In this document: positions 1-8,798 of the stretch, one piece after another | Numbering within the stretch: position 1 is the first letter of the stretch | Layout: every line of letters begins with the position of its first letter | Origin: Gaiellaceae bacterium | GTDB taxonomy: Bacteria; Actinomycetota; Thermoleophilia; Gaiellales; Gaiellaceae | NCBI GenBank assembly: GCA_035461525.1 | Contig: DATHVD010000046.1 | Span: 14,636-78,635, forward strand | DNA length: 64,000 nt | Direction: 5' to 3' | Position numbers and translations under genes: made by a program | Notes under the pieces: model-generated | The model's input: the letters and a program-made list of their open reading frames with translations, nothing else | Database searches by the model: none | What the model was told of the DNA's origin: nothing

Positions 1-25
1 GGGACCTTCTCCGCACGACGCTAGA

Positions 26-403
26 ATGAGCCGCATGTCGCACCTCGACGAGCTCGACGAGTACGAGGCCGACCTCGAGCTCCGCCTGAAGAAGGAGTAC
101 TCGGCGGTCTTCAGCCTCTTCCGCTACTGCATCGTCACGCAGGACTCGACCTACCTCTGCAACCGGCACGAGCTGAAGGTGCTGCCGCAGACGACCTACC
201 CGTTCTTCCACTTGACCATGGAGGACGTGTGGGTGTGGGACAAGAACCGGCCGACGCGGATCATCCCGCGCGCCGAGGTCTACACGTCGAGCGACGTCAC
301 GATCGAGGAGCTTCGCGGCGAGGGCGACGGGCCCGCGCTGACGCCGGAGGCGCTCGCCCAGAAGCTCGGCGAGACGCTCGGCGGCGACGACGACGTCTCC
401 TAG
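26..403 (+). CDS. small conserved actinobacterial protein, DUF2469-like
   Basis: 125-aa ORF. The pattern MS..LDELDEYEADLEL..EY......F.Y, then ...DVWVWD..RP......V.....DV.IEEL, matches my recollection of DUF2469 (Rv2901c-like) proteins. TAGAAT at 22-27 overlaps the first ATG, so a leaderless start at the second ATG (35) is plausible. Confidence 0.55.
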   Translation: MSRMSHLDELDEYEADLELRLKKEYSAVFSLFRYCIVTQDSTYLCNRHELKVLPQTTYPFFHLTMEDVWVWDKNRPTRIIPRAEVYTSSDVTIEELRGEGDGPALTPEALAQKLGETLGGDDDVS

Positions 404-418
404 GCACGGCGCCGGCTC

Positions 419-1186
419 ATGCTGCTGGCCGTCGACGTCGGCAACACGCAGACGGTCTTCGGGCTCTACGACGGGGAGCATCTGGCCGAGCACTGGCGCG
501 TCGCCACGGAGGCCGAGCGGACGGGCGACGAGCTCGGCGTCCTCGTCGGGCGCCTGCTCGAGCTCCACGACGCCGGCTTCGAGGACGTCGGCGGCGTCTG
601 CCTCTCCTCGACCGTGCCGCCGCTCGTCCGCGCGTACGAAGAGCTCGTGCGCGACTACCTCGACGCGCGCCTCCTCGTCATCGGTCCCGGGACGCGCACG
701 GGGATCCCGATCGTCTACGACGACCCGCGCGAGGTCGGACCCGACCGGATCGTCAACGCCGTAGCCGCGCGCGAGCGCTACGGTGCGCCCTGCATCGTCG
801 TCGACTTCGGGACGTCCACGAACTTCGACATCGTCTCGGCGGCGGGCGAATACGTCGGCGGCGTCCTCGCGCCCGGAATCGAGGCGTCCATGGACGCCCT
901 CTTCGCCCGCGCCGCGCGGCTCGTGAAGGTGGACTTCTCGGCGCCCCCGTCGGTGATCGGCAAGACGACGGTCGGCGGCCTCCAGTCGGGGCTCGTCTAC
1001 GGCTTCGCCGGACAGGTGGACGGGATCGTGAAGCGGATCCGCGGCGAGCTCGAAGCCGAGGCGCCGGTGATCGCCACGGGCGGCCTCGCGGAGCTGATCG
1101 CCCCGCACGCGGAGACGATCGACCGCGTCGACCCGCTTCTCACGCTCGAGGGGCTCCGGCTCGTCTGGGAGCGAAACGCGGGCTAG
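419..1186 (+). CDS. coaX: type III pantothenate kinase
   Basis: 255 aa. Contains the N-terminal LLAVDVGNT phosphate-1 motif, plus DFGTSTNFD and IATGG motifs of the ASKHA-fold CoaX family. Confidence 0.85.
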   Translation: MLLAVDVGNTQTVFGLYDGEHLAEHWRVATEAERTGDELGVLVGRLLELHDAGFEDVGGVCLSSTVPPLVRAYEELVRDYLDARLLVIGPGTRTGIPIVYDDPREVGPDRIVNAVAARERYGAPCIVVDFGTSTNFDIVSAAGEYVGGVLAPGIEASMDALFARAARLVKVDFSAPPSVIGKTTVGGLQSGLVYGFAGQVDGIVKRIRGELEAEAPVIATGGLAELIAPHAETIDRVDPLLTLEGLRLVWERNAG

Positions 1187-1866
1187 GAGGGCTCGCGGCC
1201 GGCGAGGATCGCCCCTCGCAGCGCCTCCGGCTCGGCGCCCAGGTCGCGCACGATCGCGACGGCGCCCGCGCGCTCGTCGGCGATGAGGCCGAGGAGGACG
1301 TGCTCGGCGCCGATGTAGTTGTCGCCGAGCGCCTGCGCCTCGCGGAGGCTCAGCTCCAGGGCGCGCTTCGCCGCGCGCGTGAAGGGCTGCCGGCGACGGG
1401 CGGAGCCTGAGGGCGAGAGCGCTGCCACGCGCTCGCGGACCGCGTCCGCGGTCACGCCGGCCCCAGCGAGCAGGCTTGCGGTCGCGTCGTCCTCGGCCAG
1501 CACCAGTCCGAGGAGCAGGTGCTCGGAGCCGACACGAGGATGCCCGAGCTTGCCGGCTTCCTCCTGGGCGAGGACGACGATCTGCCGCGCCCGCCGCGTG
1601 AAGCGCTCGAAGGGCCAGGCGAAGCGCCGCCTCGCCCCGCCGCGGTGGGACGGCCGCCCCTCGCCTCCATCGACGATCTGGTGCACGCGCTGGTGGCTGA
1701 GGCCGAGGTCTTCGGCGATCTCGCGGAGGGAGCCGCCCTCGGCGTGGAGCCGGCGAATCGCGTGATTGTAGTCGGCGCGGGCCCGCTCGAGCTGGTGCTG
1801 AGCCTCGAGCATGCGGTCGCGCGAGCCGCGAGCCTCGCGGAGGGCGGCGGGGTCGAGAGGCGTCAT
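1183..1866 (-). CDS. stand-alone Clp N-terminal (Clp_N repeat) protein with an N-terminal helix-turn-helix
   Basis: Two Clp_N repeats (FTRRARQIVVLAQEEAGKLGHPRVGSEHLLLGL and FTRAAKRALELSLREAQALGDNYIGAEHVLLGL) follow an HTH (LREIAEDLGLSHQRVHQIV). The start is set at ATG 1866. The longer TTG start at 1902 lies inside the predicted -35 box. Confidence 0.7.
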   Translation of the reverse strand: MTPLDPAALREARGSRDRMLEAQHQLERARADYNHAIRRLHAEGGSLREIAEDLGLSHQRVHQIVDGGEGRPSHRGGARRRFAWPFERFTRRARQIVVLAQEEAGKLGHPRVGSEHLLLGLVLAEDDATASLLAGAGVTADAVRERVAALSPSGSARRRQPFTRAAKRALELSLREAQALGDNYIGAEHVLLGLIADERAGAVAIVRDLGAEPEALRGAILAGREPS

Positions 1867-1873
1867 GGCGTCT

Positions 1874-1902
1874 AGCGTAGTAGACGCCGCGGGCTCTGTC
1901 AA
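1874..1902 (-). promoter_or_regulatory. sigma-70-type promoter, probably producing a leaderless mRNA for the Clp_N/HTH gene
   Basis: The minus strand reads TTGACA, a 17-nt spacer, TACGCT, then 7 nt to ATG(1866). No Shine-Dalgarno sequence fits in that space. Confidence 0.45.
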
Positions 1903-1986
1903 GACGGATAGACACTATGCCAGCGCAAAGCCCGGAGACACGGCTCGGCGCTCGGCACCGGGCCGTGTCCACCCAGGCCTCGCCGC

Positions 1987-2904
1987 CTAGCGTTGCAGGC
2001 GCACGACCGAGAACGCGGCGCTCGCCGGCTCGGGCACGCCGAAGCGGGCGTTGACGGTGTAGAGCGCCCTGCCGAACTCGGCGATCGTGGTCGGCACGTC
2101 GAGGCTCGGGTCGGTCAGGTGGCCGGTGATCGTGCCGGAGCCGAGGTCGCGGCTCAGGCGCACGACGGCGATGCGGTTGAGCTGGTTCTGCACGACGTAG
2201 AGCGTCTTCCCGTGCAGGAGGATGCCGTCGCCGAACGTCACGTCCCCGCCGGCGAGCTCGATCAGGTCGGCGGTACCCGTCGCGGGATCGACCGTGTAGA
2301 GGCGGCCGAGGTTCGACTGGACGACGACGAGCCTGTCACCGCGCGGCGTGGCGTCGATCCCGTTGGTGTTGAACCCGGGCGCGAGCGTGAAGTCGCCCGT
2401 GAGCGGGATCGTCTCCACGTCCGCCTGGGAGCCGAGCGTCCCGTCAGGCGCGATCGGCACCCGGTAGAGGACGGCCCCCATCGACTCCGTGAACCACGCT
2501 GCGTCGCGGGTGACGACGACGTCGTTCACGAAGGTCGGCGGGCCGGCGGCGAGCTGGTAGGAGGCGAGCGTCGCGCCGGTGCGCGCGTCGTAGACCCACG
2601 CGCGCCCGGAGGGCCCGCCCGCGACGAAGAGGCGCTTACCGGCGAAGGCGAGGCCGATGGCCTGGCGTCCGGGCTGCGCCGGAACGAGGATCGACCCCGC
2701 CCCCGTCCGCAGGTCGCCGCGCCAGACGGCGCCCGTCGGGATCGAGCCGACGTAGAACGTGTGGCCGTTTCCGACGGCGATCCCCTCCGGCTGGAACCCG
2801 GTCGGGAGCGGGATCGTCTTCGGCCACGACGCCGTAGCCCCGACTGGTACGGCCGCGCAGAGGACGAGGCCGGCGAGGAGGGTGAGCACGCGCGTCCTGG
2901 TCAT
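1987..2904 (-). CDS. secreted beta-propeller protein (SMP-30/gluconolactonase/LRE-like)
   Basis: 305 aa. Has a signal peptide (MTRTRVLTLLAGLVLCAAVPVGATA). Repeated short beta-strand/Gly-Asp blades (FQPEGIAV, NGIDATPRGDRLVVV, GDGILLHGKTLYVV) fit a six-bladed propeller. Confidence 0.5.
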   Translation of the reverse strand: MTRTRVLTLLAGLVLCAAVPVGATASWPKTIPLPTGFQPEGIAVGNGHTFYVGSIPTGAVWRGDLRTGAGSILVPAQPGRQAIGLAFAGKRLFVAGGPSGRAWVYDARTGATLASYQLAAGPPTFVNDVVVTRDAAWFTESMGAVLYRVPIAPDGTLGSQADVETIPLTGDFTLAPGFNTNGIDATPRGDRLVVVQSNLGRLYTVDPATGTADLIELAGGDVTFGDGILLHGKTLYVVQNQLNRIAVVRLSRDLGSGTITGHLTDPSLDVPTTIAEFGRALYTVNARFGVPEPASAAFSVVRLQR

Positions 2905-3003
2905 TGGAACCCCCTTGTGAGCTGTCGACGGCTGGGTCCCCGGCCGGCGCGGCCGCGAACCCTCGGTACCGAGAACGTACGGGCTGCAGCCGCTTTCAGA
3001 TGC

Positions 3004-3537
3004 TCAAGCGAGCTTCACGACCGCGTCGCCCGCGCGGACGGTGCCGGGCTCGACGACGCGGGCGTTCACGCCGCGGAGGCGGAGCGTGCGGCCCTCGCCC
3101 TTGTTCACGAGCTTCAGCGCCTCAACGCCGAAGCGGGCCCGGAACTTGGCGCAGCCCGTGTGCGGGAGGCCCGTTACCTCGACGACCGCCCCACCGACCG
3201 CGAGGCGCGTCCCGGCCGGGAGGTTGTCCACGCCGAGGTCGAGGTCGACGTAGAGCTGGTCGCCGGCGAGGGGCCAGCGGTCGCGGCTTCCCGCGACGAG
3301 CTGCGCGAGGCGCGCGTTCATGAGCGTGAGCTGCGCGTCGGCTGCGCGAGACCCGAGCGCCCAGCGGTCGCCGACGAGCCCTTCGTCCAGGTCGAGCAGC
3401 GCCTCGGCGAGCACCTCGCGCTCGTTCTCCGCCGGCCGGCGCACGATCAGCTCGACCGTGCCCGCGTCCGCCGGCGACGCGCGCACCTCGCCGAGGCCCG
3501 CGAAGAGCTCCTCCCTGGTCGCATGCTCCGCGATCAT
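3004..3537 (-). CDS. MOSC domain-containing protein
   Basis: 177 aa. LTLMN...L, the conserved Cys in GLPHTGCAKF, and GV.ARV.E.G.VR.GD are typical of the MOSC beta-barrel. Its ATG overlaps the stop of the upstream gene (ATGA). Confidence 0.7.
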   Translation of the reverse strand: MIAEHATREELFAGLGEVRASPADAGTVELIVRRPAENEREVLAEALLDLDEGLVGDRWALGSRAADAQLTLMNARLAQLVAGSRDRWPLAGDQLYVDLDLGVDNLPAGTRLAVGGAVVEVTGLPHTGCAKFRARFGVEALKLVNKGEGRTLRLRGVNARVVEPGTVRAGDAVVKLA

Positions 3538-6500
3538 GCGACCTCCTCCCGCTTCCGCACGACGACCGCGTCCAGATGGGCGCGCGAGAGCGGGCTCGCC
3601 CAGAGGCCCTCGACCCAGGGACGGCGGAGCAGCGCCGAGCGCGGATAGGCGAGCGGCAGGATCGCCGCGTGCTCGGCCACCCAGAGGCGGTCGACCTCGT
3701 GGTAGGCGCGCATGCGCTCGCCCTGGTCCTGGGCCGAGCGGCCCTGCTCGAGGAGCTCGAGGATCTCGTCGTCGCGGTAGAACGGCCCGTGAGAGGTGAG
3801 GAGCCCGCGGAAGAACCCGTCCGGGTCGGGGTAGTCCGCCGTCCAGCCGGTCAGCCACATGGAGGCGTCGTCGAAGGCGTCGGGCTCGACGGGCCCGGGC
3901 GCGGCCGTCACCTGCACGCGCGCCCCGATAGCCCGCCACATCTCCACCAGCGGCTCCGCGGGCTGGAACCAGGTCGGGAGGACGATCTCGACCTCGGGCA
4001 GTCCCTTGCCGCCGGGGTGGCCGGCCTCGTCGAGAAGAGCGCGCGCCGTCTCGAGGTCGTACTCGGGCCCGACCCGGTGCGAGTGCGCCGGCATCGCCGG
4101 CGGGATGGCGCCGCCTCTGGTCGCCGCGCGCGCGAGCTGCAGCGCCGGCGAGGTGGCGACGAGGAGCTCACGGTCGATCGCGTGCGAGAACGCCCGGCGC
4201 ACGAGTTCGTTCGAGAACGGCGGCCGGTCGGCGCGGAAGCCCACGTACTGGAGGCCGAGCTCGGAGACGAGGTCGCGCAGCGTCTCGGGCTCGTCCTCCG
4301 GCACCGGGTTGTGGACGTGCAGGAGGTCGAACCGGCCGCGCTGCCACGCCTCGATCATCTCCGCGCCCTTCGAGTGAAACGTGAAGGCGATCTCGCCCAC
4401 ATTCCCCCGCGGGCCCGCCCAGTGCTCGTTCGCGCGGAGGAGCGCATGCTCGTCGTCGAACTCGACGAGTGTGAAGGGCCCGTTGCCGACAAGGTTCTCC
4501 GGCTTCGCCCAGTCGTCGCCGAGAGCCTCGCAGCGGTGGCGCGGCCAGGGGAAGGCCCAGGCCGAGCAGAGGACGTAGGGGAAGTAGCTGCGCGGCTCGC
4601 GCAGGCGCACCTCGAGGGTGCGGTCGTCGAGCGCCTCGGCCGTCTCGACATCCTCCATCAGGAAGGACGTGCGCGTCTCCAGCTCGCGCATCCGCCGCCA
4701 CGCGTAGGCGAAGTCCTCGGCGGTGACCGGCTCGCCGTCGCTCCAGCGCACGTCCTCGCCGAGCCGGAAGAGGTAGCTGAGGCCGTCCGCGGAGACGCGG
4801 AAGTTGTCCGCCATCGCCGGGACGACGTTCAGCTCGGCGTCCACCATCAGAAGCCCGCGGAAGAGGAGCTCGGAGAAGTAGCCGGCCTCGGTCGTGTAGA
4901 TGTCCCCGGGCGCGAGCTCGCGCGGGAGCGCCGATGCCGTCTCGAGCCGCGCCGTGGGCGGAAGCCGCGGATCCTCGCCGACGCGGCAGCAGAACGCCTC
5001 GTCGTACATCTCCTCCGCCTTCTCGAAGTCGAAGGCGAGGTGGTAGGCGAGCGCCATCTTGAAGAGCGTGTCGCGGGCCCGCCGCTCGTCGCCGAGGCGG
5101 GCGAGGAAGACTCGCGCGCGGCTGTAGTGCTCGAGCGCCTCCTTGTCGGCGTAGACCGCGCGCGCGGCGTCGCCCGCCTTCAGCAGGTACTCGACGGCCT
5201 TCTCCGGCTCGTCCGCCTCCGTGAAGTGGCGGGCGAGGAGCCCGTAGGCCTCCTCCGGGGACTCGCGGTAGATCTCCTCCAGCGCTTCGCCGACCTGCTT
5301 GTGGAGCTTGCGCCGCTTCGAGTCGACGAGGCTCGCGTAGGCGACCTCCTGGACGAGGCCGTGGCGGAAGCGGTACTCCGGGTTGGGGCGGCGGCGCTTC
5401 TCGACGATCAGGTCGAGCCGTTGCAGCTCCGTGAGCGCGCGCAGGAGCCGGTCGCGTGGGACGAGCCGCTCGAGGAGGGGCAGGCCGAAGGTGCGGCCGA
5501 TCACGGCCGCGAGCGAGAGCGCCTCGCGCGTCTCCGGGTCGAGGCGGTCGAGGCGGGCCTGCAGCGTTCCCTGGACGACCGCAGGAATCGAGAGCTCGTC
5601 CTCGGAGACTGCCAGCTTCCAGCCGCCGTTCTGCCGCTGGAGGACGCCGCGCTCGACGAGGTCACGGAACGCCTCCTCGAGGAAGAAGGGATTGCCGCCG
5701 GACCGCTCGGCGAGGAGCTCCACGACGCTCTCCGGGATCTCGCCGTCGGCGGCGTTGCCGACGAGGACGCGCGAGGAGTCGGGCGGAAGCGGGCGCAGCT
5801 CGATCTCGCGGTAGCGGTGCGGGTAGTGCTGCCGGGCGCGCTCGCCCAGGCGCCAGGAGCCGTGCTCACGCTCGGGGCGGTAGAGGAAGAAGAGGGCGAC
5901 TGCGGACTCCTCGGTGACGGCGAGAAGCGACTCGAGCAGCTCGAGCGTCGCCTCGTCCGCCCAGTGCAGGTCCTCGAAGGCGAGGCAGAGCGGCAGCTCC
6001 TCCGCCAGCTCGCAGACGAGGTCGTGGAAGACCTCGAAGGTGCGCGACTGGATGCTCTCGCGGTTGAGCTCGCGGATCGACTGAGCCGCCTCGGGCTCGA
6101 GCGTGAGCCCGACGAGGCTGGCGAAGAACGGATAGCTCTCGTCGGCCTCTTCCTGCCCGAAGAGGTGTGCCAGCTCGGCCTTCAGCTCGAGCCGCACGCG
6201 GGCCTCCGGGGTCGTCGCGCCGACGCCGAGCCACTCGCGCAGGAGGTCGCGGATCGGCCAGTAGGGGAAGCTCTGCGCGTACGAGACGCCGCGCGCCTCG
6301 ATGAAGCGCACGTCCTCGCGGTAGCGGTTCCGCGCCTCCCAGACGAGCCGCGTCTTGCCGATTCCCGGCTCGCCGACGATCGAGACGATCGCGCCGCGCC
6401 CTTCGACGAGGGCGTCCATCGTGCGCTCGAGGACGGTGAGCTCGAAGTCGCGGCCGACGAGCGGCAGCGTCGGCGGCGAGGGCTCGGACTCGAGCACCCG

Positions 6501-7073
6501 CGTGACGCGGAACGTGTCGAGCGGCGCGCTCACCCCCTTGAGGTCTTGCGAGCCCATCTCCTCCAGCTCGAAGCAGGTCTCGACCTGCCGCTTCGTCGTC
6601 GGGCCGGTCACGACGCCGCCCCGGCCGGCGATCTCCTGGAAGCGCGAGGCGACGTTGACCGTGTCGCCGAGGGCGTTCCAGCGGTCGTAGCCGTCGTCGC
6701 CGTCGCGCTCCGGGGCGACGACCACGGGGCCTGTGTTGACGCCGATGCGAACGGCGAGCTCGACGCCGTAGGCGGCCTTGACCTCCTGTGCGTACTGGCC
6801 GATCGCGCGCTGGATGGCGAGGGCGGCCCGGAGCGCGCGCTCGGCGTCGTCCTCGTGGGCGACCGGCACGCCGAAGACGGCGAGCAGCTCGTCGCCGACG
6901 AGCTGGGCGACGGTGCCGTCGTAGCGGCGCACCTGCTCGGCCATGACCCGCATCACCTCGTCGATCAGGAACTTCGAGCGCTCTGGCCCGAGGGCCTCGC
7001 CGATCGCCGTCGAGCCGACGACGTCGGCGACGAGCACGGAGACGATCCGCCGCTCACCCGTTGCCACCGCCAT
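3534..7073 (-). CDS. multidomain signalling protein: class III adenylyl/guanylyl cyclase + STAND/AAA P-loop ATPase + TPR + family-5 solute-binding-protein (SBP_bac_5) domain
   Basis: 1179 aa. Cyclase motifs are VLVADVVGST, GDELLAVFG and GDTVNVASRF (aa 1-190). The Walker A motif GEPGIGKT is at aa 234-241. TPR-like helices span roughly aa 600-700. The C-terminal 470 aa carries SBP5 hallmarks (DG..Y.F.LR..V.WSDG.P.TA.DF..W, NGPF.L, Y.GF). No signal peptide or TM segment is present. Confidence 0.8.
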   Translation of the reverse strand: MAVATGERRIVSVLVADVVGSTAIGEALGPERSKFLIDEVMRVMAEQVRRYDGTVAQLVGDELLAVFGVPVAHEDDAERALRAALAIQRAIGQYAQEVKAAYGVELAVRIGVNTGPVVVAPERDGDDGYDRWNALGDTVNVASRFQEIAGRGGVVTGPTTKRQVETCFELEEMGSQDLKGVSAPLDTFRVTRVLESEPSPPTLPLVGRDFELTVLERTMDALVEGRGAIVSIVGEPGIGKTRLVWEARNRYREDVRFIEARGVSYAQSFPYWPIRDLLREWLGVGATTPEARVRLELKAELAHLFGQEEADESYPFFASLVGLTLEPEAAQSIRELNRESIQSRTFEVFHDLVCELAEELPLCLAFEDLHWADEATLELLESLLAVTEESAVALFFLYRPEREHGSWRLGERARQHYPHRYREIELRPLPPDSSRVLVGNAADGEIPESVVELLAERSGGNPFFLEEAFRDLVERGVLQRQNGGWKLAVSEDELSIPAVVQGTLQARLDRLDPETREALSLAAVIGRTFGLPLLERLVPRDRLLRALTELQRLDLIVEKRRRPNPEYRFRHGLVQEVAYASLVDSKRRKLHKQVGEALEEIYRESPEEAYGLLARHFTEADEPEKAVEYLLKAGDAARAVYADKEALEHYSRARVFLARLGDERRARDTLFKMALAYHLAFDFEKAEEMYDEAFCCRVGEDPRLPPTARLETASALPRELAPGDIYTTEAGYFSELLFRGLLMVDAELNVVPAMADNFRVSADGLSYLFRLGEDVRWSDGEPVTAEDFAYAWRRMRELETRTSFLMEDVETAEALDDRTLEVRLREPRSYFPYVLCSAWAFPWPRHRCEALGDDWAKPENLVGNGPFTLVEFDDEHALLRANEHWAGPRGNVGEIAFTFHSKGAEMIEAWQRGRFDLLHVHNPVPEDEPETLRDLVSELGLQYVGFRADRPPFSNELVRRAFSHAIDRELLVATSPALQLARAATRGGAIPPAMPAHSHRVGPEYDLETARALLDEAGHPGGKGLPEVEIVLPTWFQPAEPLVEMWRAIGARVQVTAAPGPVEPDAFDDASMWLTGWTADYPDPDGFFRGLLTSHGPFYRDDEILELLEQGRSAQDQGERMRAYHEVDRLWVAEHAAILPLAYPRSALLRRPWVEGLWASPLSRAHLDAVVVRKREEVA

Positions 7074-7116
7074 ACCGAGAGTTATAGCCGTGCGGAAGGC
7101 CTCTCCGGGCTCCGGC

Positions 7117-7590
7117 TCAGAGCGCGGAGACGGCCTCGCGCCGGCACCGCTCCAGCCCGTCGATCTGGCTCTGGGCCCGCTCGGCGAGCGCCGCGAAGTC
7201 GAACGCGGCGAGGCGTGGCTCCGCGGGAGCGAGCACGGCGAGGGCGTCCCAGAGCGACTTCTTCCCGGTGACGCCGAGCACGAGCGCCTCGAGCTCGACG
7301 AGGCGGGAGAGCGGCGAGTACGAGAGCAGCCGCCCGTTGAGCTTCAGGCGGCCGGCCTTCTCCGCCACCCAGGCGAGCCGCGGCTTCACGCGCGACGGCG
7401 AGACGTCGAGGGCGCGCATGACCGCGAGGAGCGCGCCGCGATCCTCCTCGATCTCGCGCGTGAGGCCGGCGAGGAAGTCGCCGAGCTCACCGCCCTCGTT
7501 CGACCGCTGTGAACGGCGGGCGAGCTCGACGCCGGCGACGGAGCCCGCGAGGTGGTCGTTCAGGTAGACGGAGAGGAGGCGCTTCTCCAT
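7117..7590 (-). CDS. hypothetical protein (helical, conserved-looking)
   Basis: 157 aa counted from ATG 7590 (MEKRLLSVYLNDHLAGS...). The 512-aa ORF in the track is an Arg/Gly-rich artefactual extension running through dus. Confidence 0.5.
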   Translation of the reverse strand: MEKRLLSVYLNDHLAGSVAGVELARRSQRSNEGGELGDFLAGLTREIEEDRGALLAVMRALDVSPSRVKPRLAWVAEKAGRLKLNGRLLSYSPLSRLVELEALVLGVTGKKSLWDALAVLAPAEPRLAAFDFAALAERAQSQIDGLERCRREAVSAL

Positions 7591-7619
7591 CTCGTCGGTG
7601 TCCCCGGAGTGGGGAGGCG

Positions 7620-8678
7620 CTAACCGCCGCCGTACACGGAGATCGGCAGGTCGAGGAGGACGTCGTCCTCTGCGGGCAGCTCCCCCTCGAGCCGCGCGAG
7701 GACTTCGGCCGCGCCGGGCGCCGCGGCGAAGAGGCGCTCCTCCACCTCGGCGAGCGTGCCGAGCTGGACGAGCTCCTGCTTGAACGGCTTCGGGAAGCGG
7801 CCGCGGCCCAGGTACCAGCCGTAGAACTTCTTCAGGAAGCCCGTGGCGCGCTCGACGCCGATCTCCTGCACGGTCGCCCGCATGAAGAGGACGAGCTCCG
7901 CCACGACCTCCTCGCGCCCCGGCTCGCTCTCGCCGGCGCCCGCGATCTCGCCCACCGCCCACGGGTTGCCCTGGGCGGCGCGGCCGACCATCACCGCTGC
8001 GCAGCCCGTCTCGTCCAGAAGCCTCTGGGCGACCGCGCGCGAGGTCACGTCCCCGGAGGCGATCACGGGGACGTCGACGCGCTCGACGAGCTCGGCGGTG
8101 AGCGCGTGGTCGGCCGTGCCCGTGTACATCTGCTTCGCCGAGCGGGGGTGGAGGGTGAGCGCCTGCGCGCCCGCCTCGACGAGCCGCGGCCCGACGTCGA
8201 GTGCCGCGCGGGAGCCGTTCGCCAGTCCGCGCCGCATCTTCACGGTGACCGGGACGGAGACTGCCTCCGCGACCGTCTCCACGATCGCGCAGGCGCGGCC
8301 GGGATCTTCGAGAAGGGTGGCGCCCGCGCCCGTCTTCGTCACCTTGCGGACGGGGCAACCGAAGTTCAGGTCGACGATGTCCGCGCCCGCGTCCTCGACC
8401 ATGCGGGCCGCCTGGGCCATCGCCGCGGGCTCCGAGCCGAAGATCTGCACGGCGAGCGGGCTCTCGTCGCGGCCGATGCGCAGGTAGCCGAGCGTGCGCT
8501 CGTTCCCGTGGGCGAGCCCGGCGCAGCTCACCATCTCCGAGCAGACGAGCCCGGCCCCGAAGCGGCGGCCCTGGCGGCGGAAGGCCTGCACGCTGACGCC
8601 CGCCATCGGCGCCAGGACGACGCGTGTCGGGATCTCGACCCTCCCGATGCGCCACGGAGAGCGGATGCTCACGCCCAT
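7620..8678 (-). CDS. dus: tRNA-dihydrouridine synthase
   Basis: 352 aa counted from ATG 8678. Contains VLAPMAGV, DLNFGCP (catalytic Cys) and VTVK.R.G motifs of the Dus TIM-barrel family. Confidence 0.85.
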   Translation of the reverse strand: MGVSIRSPWRIGRVEIPTRVVLAPMAGVSVQAFRRQGRRFGAGLVCSEMVSCAGLAHGNERTLGYLRIGRDESPLAVQIFGSEPAAMAQAARMVEDAGADIVDLNFGCPVRKVTKTGAGATLLEDPGRACAIVETVAEAVSVPVTVKMRRGLANGSRAALDVGPRLVEAGAQALTLHPRSAKQMYTGTADHALTAELVERVDVPVIASGDVTSRAVAQRLLDETGCAAVMVGRAAQGNPWAVGEIAGAGESEPGREEVVAELVLFMRATVQEIGVERATGFLKKFYGWYLGRGRFPKPFKQELVQLGTLAEVEERLFAAAPGAAEVLARLEGELPAEDDVLLDLPISVYGGG

Positions 8679-8728
8679 GGAGGAGATCGTAGCCTTCGCT
8701 CGAGCGTTTTCAGGCTTGACGGAGCGGC

Positions 8729-8734
8729 TACAAT
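8729..8734 (+). promoter_or_regulatory. candidate -10 element (TACAAT) for greA
   Basis: TACAAT lies 65 nt upstream of the greA GTG. TTTTCA sits 16 nt upstream as a weak -35. A small hairpin (CCGCC-TTCG-GGCGG) follows. Confidence 0.3.
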
Positions 8735-8798
8735 GTCCGCCTTCGGGCGGCGCGTCAGCGCCGCGTTCGTCTGTCTTGAGGGGGTTCGGAGGAAGGCA

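Noticed and set aside
3534-7073. Cyclase-STAND protein as a Pycsar/CBASS/Avs-type antiphage defence gene.
   Set aside because: There is no adjacent effector (TIR, TM, nuclease or phospholipase). The architecture resembles the housekeeping-type mycobacterial AC-ATPase regulators. The neighbours (MOSC, dus, greA) are core genes.
3576-7271. 1231-aa plus-strand ORF antisense to the cyclase-STAND gene. Similar giant ORFs occur at 9259-11169(-), 12273-13877(-), 13832-16141(-), 18784-20724(-), 28397-29746(-), 34912-37044(-), 56876-58963(+) and 60582-62144(+) upstream of 61659.
   Set aside because: Their products are Arg/Gly/Ala/Pro/Asp-rich low-complexity translations with no recognisable motifs. 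Each lies opposite or out of frame to a gene with clear family signatures. This is the typical stop-codon-poor artefact of genomes with more than 70% GC.
7591-8655. N-terminal 355 aa of the 512-aa ORF 7117-8655(-).
   Set aside because: It runs out of frame through the dus gene and is RG-rich nonsense. Only the last 157 codons, from ATG 7590, look protein-like.
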